Below, piece after piece: positions 1 to 7,160 of a stretch of 9,990 bases of DNA. Position numbers and translations under genes: made by a program. This DNA comes from Octopus sinensis (taxonomy: Eukaryota). How positions within the stretch are numbered: position 1 is the stretch's first letter; the number at the start of each line of letters is the position of its first letter. Location: NCBI RefSeq assembly GCF_006345805.1, contig NW_021827621.1, positions 1 to 9,990 on the forward strand, written 5' to 3'. The notes under the pieces are model-generated. The model did not search any database. It was not told the DNA's origin and saw nothing but the letters and a program-made list of their open reading frames with translations.

Positions 1-28
1 CCCGAGCAACGCCGGGCGATACTGCTAG
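1..28 (+). mobile_element. 3' terminus of a Helitron (rolling-circle) element; the body lies upstream of the window
   Basis: GC-rich hairpin CCCGAGC-AAC-GCCGGG (1-16, one bulge), an 8-nt spacer, CTAG (25-28), then T (29). This is the canonical Helitron hairpin + CTRR end with an A|T target. Confidence 0.7.
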
Positions 29-897
29 TTTAAAATAAAGGACTCAATTAAACCGCTACTATCGTAGCTCTTGGGAACTTGAGAATCCACATGTTGCAGA
101 GTAACATCATGTTACATTACCAGGAGTTACAATATGATGCGGATTATCATGGAAAAAATTAGTCCGACCTCTCATTTTATGACTGACCCATCTCTGCTTG
201 AACTTTCTTATTTCTTTATTGCCCACAAGGGGCTACACACAAAGAGGACAAATAAGGACAGACAAAGTCGATTACATCGACCCGAGTGCGTAATTTATCG
301 ACCCCGAAAGGATGAAAGGCAAAGTTGGCCTCGGCGGAATTTGAACTCAGAACGTAACGGCAGACGAACTACCGCTTAGCATTTCGCCCGGCGTGCTAAC
401 GTTTCTGCCAGCTCAACGCTTTGAATTTTCTGCGACAATCTGTCATGCCAAGCAGTCAAGATGACTTTGAAGGTGTGGACATTGCCATGTAAGAGCCTAC
501 CTTAATAACATTTTGCCAAATTGGTGGATTGTACAAAAAGGTTCAATGGAATATTTTGTGTATACTGGACCTTACATTATTAGATACCATTTTTTGTTTG
601 TTATGGAGATACTTAAAAGATAAAATTTAGGGTACGAAACTGATAACAGTTGATAAATATCTGGTACTCATTGAACGAAAATGCATATAAATACCGAACA
701 AAATGTTTCATGATGTTTGCGATTCCAATGCTCCGCGTTATCAACAGAGCCTGGACCAAAATCATCATTTCAAAACCATGCGTTCACAAATATATTATAT
801 TCTGTCTGTTGTTTTGAAAATCAAATTTATTTTACTAAACACAGCCATTGCAATCATTCAATATGAGTATATGTACAGTTTTGGAGCCACTAACTAT
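29..897 (+). mobile_element. Decayed Tc1/mariner-superfamily DNA transposon (catalytic and C-terminal half of a transposase pseudogene), interrupted by a SINE at 209-420
   Basis: Manual translation: FKIKDSI(+1)NRYYRSSWELENPHVAE*HHVTLPGVTI*CGLSWKKLVRPLIL (29-179); after removing the SINE, LNFLRQSVMPSSQDDFEG (421-474); HCHVRAYLNNILPNWWIVQKGSMEY (480-554); LDLTLLDTIFCLLWRYLKDKI*GTKLITVDK...IERKCI*IPNKMFHDVCDSNAPRYQQSLDQNHHF (565-768). These follow in order the family motifs FKLNG-NRHN-W-ENPH, PGVTVWCG, RAYL-RWIG, SPDLTPLDFFLWGYLKDKVY. The FQQDGAP segment is deleted, and there are several stops and frameshifts. The right end (~897) is approximate. Confidence 0.85.
209..420 (-). mobile_element. 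tRNA-derived SINE, family A (near full-length, diverged)
   Basis: Reverse complement aligns with the copies at 973-1204 and 6385-6615. Flanked by an 11-bp TSD, TTGAACTTTCT (198-208) / TTGAATTTTCT (421-431), with 1 mismatch. Confidence 0.9.
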
Positions 898-900
898 AGC

Positions 901-1271
901 TATATTATAAACATTCATACATATGCACAAACACTTACATACACGAATATATATTAATATACATATATATAAGTCGGCGAGCTGGCAGAAACGTTAACGT
1001 GCCGGGCGAAATGCGTAGCTGTATTTCGTCGGCCATTACGTTCTGAGTTCAAATTCCGCCGTGGTCAACTATGCTTTTCATCCTTTGGGGGGTCGATAAA
1101 TTAAGTACCAGTTACGCACTGGGGTCGAAGTAATCGACTTAATCCGTTTGTCTGTCATTGTTTGTCCCCTCTGTGTTTAGCCCCTTGTGGGCAATAAAGA
1201 AATATATATTATGAACATTCATACACACACACACAGACACTTGCATACACCAATATATATTAATATACATA
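901..1271 (+). repeat. ~65-bp direct repeat pair (901-965 and 1205-1271) flanking the SINE
   Basis: tatattataaacattcatacatatgcacaaacacttacatacacgaatatatattaatatacata versus tatattatgaacattcatacacacacacacagacacttgcatacaccaatatatattaatatacata; roughly 85-90% identical by eye. Confidence 0.8.
973..1204 (+). mobile_element. tRNA-derived SINE, family A (full-length)
   Basis: A-box-like TGGCAGAAACG and B-box-like GTTCAAATTCC. Collinear with 6385-6615 and ends in AAAGAAATA. Confidence 0.92.
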
Positions 1272-1648
1272 CATTATTCTCACACGCAGCGCGCGTGCGC
1301 ACACACAGACAAAAGCGCACGGGGTGCATTTGTGAGTGATTATTATAATACATAAAACTTTTATTCACTCACATTAATTTATGAATGTACGTCGATTGTC
1401 TTTGAATGACGGATATATTCCCAGCAGGCCGTTCGTCTACTGCAGTACACACAATACAGCACACACACACACGCACACACATTCATAAAACATGCTTTAG
1501 TTTTTCTGGTAATTTCACTTCGTTTTACTTTTGTCTCGTAACCAGAGGTCATGGTGTCAGTTACGTTTATAACCGGGGTCAGGTGACAGTTTTCATTTAC
1601 ATACAGACTGCCCAGCAGCGAATATTGATAAAAGATATTGACTGAAAT

Positions 1649-1736
1649 TGTGTGTGTGTGTGTGTATGTGTGTGTGTGTGCGTGGTGTGTGTGTGTGTAG
1701 TAGTAGTAGTAGTAGTAGTAATAGTAGTAATAGTAG
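1649..1736. repeat. Compound microsatellite (TG)n-(TAG)n
   Basis: Directly visible. It produces the poly-Tyr and HT runs of ORF 1379..1831. Confidence 0.95.
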
Positions 1737-1852
1737 CTACAGTAGGCAGTTATGTGTACGAAAGAGAAAGGTGACGTCATGACATCAGGTGATTTCTTTG
1801 CTGCGGGGTTGCATTTTAACGGAAAGTTCAATAAGGAAAATCAACAGGAGTG

Positions 1853-1924
1853 GCAGCAGCCGCAGCAGCAGTAGCAGGAACTACGACAACAAAAGCAATA
1901 ACAAAATCCATAAACACAATAACA
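1853..1924. repeat. Degenerate CAG/CAA-rich low-complexity tract
   Basis: gcagcagccgcagcagcagtagcag followed by caacaa-type repeats. Confidence 0.7.
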
Positions 1925-2032
1925 AATAGTGTGTAACTTTTCTTTTCGCTTTACTAGGACTCATATTTGTCATAGTCCAACCGTGACCATTCCATCTATT
2001 TCTTTTTTTTTTTTGTTTTGTTTCTCAGGCAT

Positions 2033-2131
2033 CATTGCGTGTCACCTGGGTAAATGTCTTTTACTGTAGCTTCGGACCGACCAAAGCTTTGTAAGTGGAT
2101 TTGGTTGGCGGAAACTGAAAGAAGCCCGTCG
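2033..2131 (+). mobile_element. SINE family B, 5'-module fragment (tRNA head missing)
   Basis: cattgcgtgtcacctgggtaaatgtcttttactgtagcttcggaccgaccaaagctttgtaagtggatttggttggcggaaactgaaagaagcccgtcg aligns with ~9185-9280 of the full-length copy. Confidence 0.8.
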
Positions 2132-2571
2132 CATATTTAACGACTGTTATAGTTTCCATCCTTTGACACACATTGCTTACCGTTGCCTGCATTAATTATT
2201 TGGTATATTCATTAGCGATTCGCTAAATCGTTTACAGATTTCTATTGTGAAAGACATATATGCTAGCAATCATCTTCGTCCGAAAACAGCCGAGCCGAGC
2301 CGAGCCGAGCCGAGTCGACCCGACCCCACTGAAAAGACTACGGCGAAAAAGCCGAAAGTCAACGATCAGTCTGGGGATCTCTCGACTAATGCTTTTCGAG
2401 CGATTACCGCCCTTGTCAGCATGTATGTATACAATTATGTGCTTTGACTGCAGCATTAGAGCATTTAGCTCTTATTTCTAGCAATGTAGGTGTTTCTAAC
2501 ACCCTCAGTCGTATTTAATGACAATTATAGTTTTCCTTTTTGGTACACATTGCTTACTACTGCCTACATTA
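2128..2571 (+). repeat. ~65-bp diverged direct repeat pair (2128-2194 and 2508-2571) around ~310 bp of unassigned sequence that contains (AGCCG)5
   Basis: Shared core ttatagttt...acacattgcttac...tgcct.catta, with a 13-bp exact match at 2168-2180 / 2545-2557. Pentamer array AGCCG x5 at 2288-2312, decaying to AGTCG ACCCG ACCC. Confidence 0.7.
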
Positions 2572-2579
2572 TACATATA

Positions 2580-2785
2580 TCTATTATATAAAATCCATTC
2601 TGTCTGTCTGTGTGTGTGTCTTCTCGGATCTCGGGCATCCTCCATCCGATTGCGCTCAAATTTGATATGTAGATACCGACGGTATCAGGGCGTGTATAAG
2701 TCTTGAAAAATTTACAAAAATCGATTGCAGGTGAGAATGCGATCGATAAAGCTGTTCTCCCGGTCAACAGCCTTATCATTACTGG
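2580..2785 (+). mobile_element. Short non-autonomous Helitron-like element (candidate complete copy)
   Basis: A|TC start (TCTATTATATAAAA), followed by a short TGTC/TG microsatellite and CCGATT..AAATTT, as in non-autonomous Helitrons such as Lep1. 12-bp hairpin with 1 mismatch at 2745-2777, then CTGG|T (2782-2786). The 5' end is better supported than the 3' end. Confidence 0.6.
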
Positions 2786-2945
2786 TACTTTGAACTCTAC
2801 GGTTGCATATTTGTGTGAATAAAATCGTTTTTTCTTTGGAATAGAAAAAAAGTCTATCTTTATTTCTTCTTTTGCTGGTGTCTCAAATTTGGTAAAATCA
2901 GTGTTCTCAAAGGTGAGGCCATTGGACGGGAGGGCGTTTTGCTCG

Positions 2946-2961
2946 TATATATATATATCTA

Positions 2962-3008
<47 letters not shown>

Positions 3009-3049
3009 TATATTATAATATATTATAATGTATGTATATTATATATATA
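2946..3049. repeat. (TA)n microsatellite / AT-only tract
   Basis: Directly visible. Confidence 0.95.
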
Positions 3050-3051
3050 AA

Positions 3052-3172
3052 GTTAATCCAAACAAGAAAGCACAAAAAAAAACACAAACCAACGTGAGGA
3101 CGTGGGAAACAAATACTATTATTGTACGCTCAGGAAGAAGAAAAGAAGGAGGGTTTAACGTTTCGAACGGTG
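3052..3172 (-). mobile_element. Possible fragment of a Penelope-like element terminal repeat
   Basis: Minus strand reads ...ccgttcgaaacgttaaaccctccttcttttc...ctgagcgtacaataatagtatttgtt. This resembles recalled Penelope-type termini (GAAACG retained, CTGANGA absent). The assignment is from memory only. Confidence 0.3.
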
Positions 3173-3390
3173 CTAGCAGTTTGATTCAGTTTTCATGCTA
3201 CTTCAAGCTTCATAGCACTGGGCCCTAGCGTGGCTTGTCTCGTTTAGACTTCTGGAATAATCTAGCTATTCCAGAAGCGCTGGAAAGACAGGCTCCGATA
3301 TGGGCCTGCGGAACTTGAAATAGCGCGATAATTAAATCAAACTCTTACTAAATGCGTTGAGTGCCCTTTTCTTTCGTTAGTCTACTCACT

Positions 3391-3702
3391 TGTGTGCGTG
3401 TGTGTGTATGTATATATATATCTGTGTGCATGTGTGTGTTTGTGTATATACATATATATATATATATGTACATATGTATTTTGTATGTATGTGCTTCTTT
3501 GGTTATGTGTTTGTCCCCTTCTACCGCATGGCAAATTGTGTTAGTTTGTTTACGTCCCTTACATAAGCAATTCGGCAAAAAGAGACTGTTATAATAAGTA
3601 CAAGGCTTAAAATATGTAAATACTCTTCGACTAAACCAGTAAAGGCGGTGCCCAGCATGGCTGCAATCCAAAGCCTCAAACAAGCAAAAGATAAACGATA
3701 AA
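3391..3702 (+). mobile_element. SINE family B, microsatellite linker plus 3' module
   Basis: TG/TA linker (3391-3505), then tgtttgtcccc...gtttacgtccc...aaggcggtgcccagcatggc...aaacaagcaaaagataaa, collinear with ~9340-9565. Confidence 0.85.
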
Positions 3703-4189
3703 ACAAAAAAATCAGCTACAAGACTTTCAAACAACATATGGACCCTAAAAGAATTCCAAAACTTTTCACGTCATTACTCGGAATATTATTGAAAAGAGCA
3801 AATTATACAAACCAGCTTCCAAATTCTTTTCTATCTGAATATGCGAAAAAAGACATTTTTCAGTATTCTCAACACACTCAATCTAAAAAAAAAAAAAAAA
3901 AAACTAAACTAATTTCCCTTAGCACAGGCTCTGGGACCTTCTCATACTATAAAAACTTCAGCGCCTCATACCATCCATTAACCTAAAACTCCAACAAAGA
4001 CCCAACCAAACACCGCACCCATTCGTCTGTCACCACAGCCATACATGTCATGTCACTATCGTTTAAGCCTACACTGTAAACAAGCACCTAAAGCATAACT
4101 ATACGTGTAAAAAGGTTGTCTGTGTATGTATCTACATCTGTGCGAGTGTATGAGTTGGTAGGCATAGAAGGATGAGGATGCGTGCATTT

Positions 4190-4202
4190 ATGTATGTATA
4201 TC

Positions 4203-4293
<91 letters not shown>

Positions 4294-4330
4294 GTCTGTC
4301 TGTCTGTATGTCTGTCTGTCTGTCTGTCTT

Positions 4331-4392
<62 letters not shown>
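4190..4392. repeat. Compound (TATC)n-(TGTC)n-(TATC)n microsatellite
   Basis: Directly visible. Source of the LSIY repeats in ORFs 4172 and 4182. Confidence 0.95.
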
Positions 4393-4394
<2 letters not shown>

Positions 4395-4502
4395 ATTTCT
4401 TTACTACCCACAAGGGGCTAGCCACAGAGGGAACAAACAAGGACAGACAAACGGATTAAGTCGATTATATCGACCCCAGTGCGTAACTGGTACTTATTTA
4501 AT
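4393..4502 (-). mobile_element. SINE family A, 5'-truncated 3' fragment embedded in (TATC)n
   Basis: Reverse complement matches 6505-6615 (attaaataagtacc...gtaaagaaata). Confidence 0.9.
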
Positions 4503-4509
4503 AGCTAAG

Positions 4510-4575
<66 letters not shown>

Positions 4576-4786
4576 CCTACCTATCTGTCTGTCTGTCAGT
4601 CTTAAATGTCTACCTGTCTATCTGCCGATCTCTCTCTCTCTCTCTCTCTTTCTGAAGATATATATGCAGACACAGACACAGACACACATACATACAAACA
4701 CAAGCAAATTCGTATACGTGCACATACACACATACACACCCATACACACACACATCGTTTAGATTTGAATGCCGGGAAGAATAAAA

Positions 4787-4860
<74 letters not shown>

Positions 4861-4982
4861 ACTAACTAACTAACTAACTATCTATCTATATATCTGTCGA
4901 TCTATCTACAATTATGCGTGTGTATGTTTGTGTGTGTGAGTGAATGCATGTGTGTGTGTATGTGTGTGTGTGTGTGTGTGCA
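4510..4982. repeat. Microsatellite cluster: (TATC)n, (TC)n, (CA)n-like, (TATC)n(TAAC)n, (TG)n
   Basis: Directly visible at ~4510-4600, 4628-4650, 4665-4755, 4786-4890 and 4915-4982. Confidence 0.9.
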
Positions 4983-5211
4983 TACATATGGATACTCATA
5001 TCAACATGGAGTACCGTTCGGTATTCACGAACAAATTAGCTATATCTTCTGGTATTAATGTTCATGTAAACATTTTGTAACTCACGAGAGCAAAGAAATA
5101 TACACCAAACGTAGCAAATAGCCTTCCAAAGAACCGCCTCAAAAAGAAGCAGTTTCCCGGCATAGCAGCAATTCAATTACTGGATCCAGTAAAAGAAAAT
5201 TTAAAGACGCA

Positions 5212-5422
5212 ATGTATATATGTTTATATACATACATACATACATACACACACATATATATATATGTGCATATATATATGCATAATATATATCATATATT
5301 ATATAATATATAATATATTTATATATATTATATATATATAATATATATAATATATATTATATACATATATAATATATATATAGTATAATATAATTATACA
5401 CATATATATAATATATAATATG

Positions 5423-5457
<35 letters not shown>

Positions 5458-5498
5458 GATATATATATATATATATATAATATATATATATATATGTT

Positions 5499-5532
<34 letters not shown>

Positions 5533-5571
5533 ATCTAATATATATATATATATATATATACATATATATAT
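5212..5571. repeat. Long degenerate (TA)n tract
   Basis: ~360 bp that is almost exclusively A/T. Confidence 0.95.
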
Positions 5572-5575
5572 AAAG

Positions 5576-5876
5576 TGAAGGCGCATAGCTAAGTGGTTAA
5601 GCGTGAGGTTGTGAGCTCGAATCCCGGACCAGGCTGCGTGTTATGTTTCACGTTGCTCCAGTTCACTCAGCTGTAGAAATGAGTTGCGACGTCACTGGTG
5701 CCAAGCTGTATCGGCCGTTCCTTTTCCCTTGGATAACACCGGTGGCGTGGAGAGGGGAGGCTGGTATGCATGGGAAACTGCTGGTCTTCCATAAACAACC
5801 TTGCCCGGATTTGTGCCTGGGAGGGTAACTTTCTAGGTGCAATCCCATGGTCTGTGTCGTGACCGAAGGGGGTCTC
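5576..5876 (+). mobile_element. tRNA-derived SINE, family C
   Basis: A-box TAGCTAAGTGG (5586-5596) and degenerate B-box AGCTCGAATCCC (5614-5625) with a short spacing that suggests an internal deletion. GC-rich body inserted within (TA)n. Single copy in the window. Confidence 0.75.
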
Positions 5877-5892
5877 AGAATATATATATATA

Positions 5893-6116
5893 ACATACTT
5901 GGAAGAGGATGCGTGGCACTCTATAATATTACAATTTTACTTATCTCTGCTTAGTGCTCCCCCTCTGTACTCCAGATATTATCCAACCCTCTTGTTCTTG
6001 GTCTACTGCCGGCTAGCTCGGCTTCAATAATCCGCCTTGCAATTCTTTAATCCGACAGCCTAATCATATATCTGTAGTACCGCAGCTGTAAGCTTTCAAT
6101 GCGTTGGGATTAGAAT
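5893..6116 (-). mobile_element. RTE-clade-like LINE fragment: ORF C-terminus and 3' end
   Basis: Minus strand from 6106: QRIESLQLRYYRYMIRLSD*RIARRIIEAELAGSRPRTRGLDNIW, resembling the RTE C-terminal motif RIE-SQLRW(F/Y)GHV-RM-R-G-RPRGRPRTRWLDNI. Possible short tail CAAGTATGT. Confidence 0.7.
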
Positions 6117-7009
6117 CGGCCAGACGATATTTGCAAACGGTCTGACAATATTTGCAGAAGGCCAGACGATATTTGCAAACGGCCAGACAATATTTGCAAA
6201 CGGCCAGACGATATTTGCAAACGGCCAGACGATATCTGGAAACGGTCAGACGATATTTGCAAATGGCCAGACGATATTTACAAACAGCAAGACGATATTT
6301 GCAAACGGCCAGACAATATCTGCAAACGGTCAGGCGATATTTGCAAACAGCCAGATGATATTTGCAAACGGATGATATTTATAAGGCGGTGAGCTGGCAG
6401 AATCGTTAGCATGCTGGGCGAAATGCTTAGCAGTATTTCGTCTGCCGTTACATTCTCAGTTCAAATTCCGCCGAGGTCGACTTTGCCTTTCATCCTTTCG
6501 GGGTCGATTAAATAAGTACCAATTACACACTGGGGTCGATGTAATCGACTTAATCCGTTTGTCTGTCCTTGTTTGCCCCCTCTGTGTTTAGCCCCTTGTG
6601 GGTAGTAAAGAAATAGATATTTGCAAACGGCCAGACGATATCTGCAAACGGCCAGACGATATTTGCAAACGGTCAGACGATATTTGCAAACGGCCAGACG
6701 ATATCTGCAAACGGCAAGACGATATTGGCAAACGGTCAGAGGAAATTTGCAAACGGTCAGACGATATTTGCAAACGGTCAGGCAATATTTGCAAACTGCC
6801 AGACGATATCTGCAAACGGTCAGGTGATATTTGCAAACGGTCAGAGGATATTTGCAAACGTCCAGACGATATTTGCAAACGGCAAGACGATATTTGCAAA
6901 CGGCAAGACGATATCTGCAAACGGTCAGACGATATCTGCAAACGGTCAGACGATATTTGCAAACGGTCAAACGATATTTGTAAACAACCAGACGATACTT
7001 GCAAACGGC
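6117..7009. repeat. 21-bp minisatellite, consensus GATATTTGCAAACGGCCAGAC, ~31 units, split by a SINE
   Basis: Left arm: 11 exact-length units from 6126, one 17-nt unit (6357-6373) and a partial unit. Right arm: 18 units from 6616 plus a partial unit ending at 7009. Core palindrome TTTGCAAA. Confidence 0.97.
6385..6615 (+). mobile_element. tRNA-derived SINE, family A (full-length), inserted in the minisatellite
   Basis: A-box-like TGGCAGAATCG (6395-6405) and B-box-like GTTCAAATTCC (6459-6469). Candidate 11-bp TSD GATATTTATAA (6374-6384) / GATATTTGCAA (6616-6626). Confidence 0.93.
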
Positions 7010-7160
7010 ATGGTGTTTACTTGGCTCATCAGAGGTTTATTGCCAGTATACACTGAATAGGTTCGATGCTGAAAGCTGCAAGGCAGGGATGAGAATTAAT
7101 GTTGCGCGGACCGAGACACTGATCCTTTGGAAAAATTCTTCCCAGTGAACTCTGTATGCT
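6995..7160 (+). mobile_element. LINE reverse-transcriptase fragment, starting at the catalytic [Y/F]ADD position
   Basis: ILANGMV(+1 T at ~7016)LLGSSEVYCQYTLNRFDAESCKAGMRINVARTETLILWKNSSQ*TLYA aligns with the non-LTR RT motif LLFADD-VLL-SS---LQ--L-RF---C---GM-IN--KTE-L. Confidence 0.75.

Noticed and set aside
445-494. Apparent short exon MPSSQDDFEGVDIA with a strong GTAAGA donor
   Set aside because: Fully explained as part of the decayed transposase.
1331-1373. 9-bp inverted repeat TGTGAGTGA / TCACTCACA, possibly near a DNA transposon end
   Set aside because: Too short, with no partner TIR or TSD identified.
1772-1787. CRE palindrome TGACGTCA followed by TGACATCA (another TGACGTCA at 7254-7261)
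   Set aside because: Short motifs with no linked promoter or gene; function cannot be supported from sequence alone.
1997-2028. Strong polypyrimidine tract plus CAG, resembling a splice acceptor
   Set aside because: It is followed directly by a SINE fragment; T-runs are common here and no exon is supportable.
5080-5220. ~45 stop-free codons (RAKKYTPNVANSLPKNRLKKKQFPGIAAIQLLDPVK)
   Set aside because: No start codon, convincing splice signals or recognisable homology; the length is within chance.
6117-7009. CRISPR-like or other repeat-spacer array
   Set aside because: The units are directly tandem with no unique spacers, and the context is eukaryotic.
7026-7032. CTGATGA (hammerhead core) on the minus strand next to the array
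   Set aside because: No downstream stem II + GAAA; it lies within RT-derived sequence.
6152-7060. Long ORFs on both strands (LQTARRY, ICKRPDD, FANGQTI, CKYRLAV, LQISSGR repeats) as a repeat-protein gene
   Set aside because: The 21-mer consensus has no stop in any of the six frames, so open frames are automatic. The common variants are synonymous in different frames (position 6 in two frames, position 16 in the third), so no frame is favoured. The two frames I traced upstream close within 40 nt, and a SINE interrupts the array.
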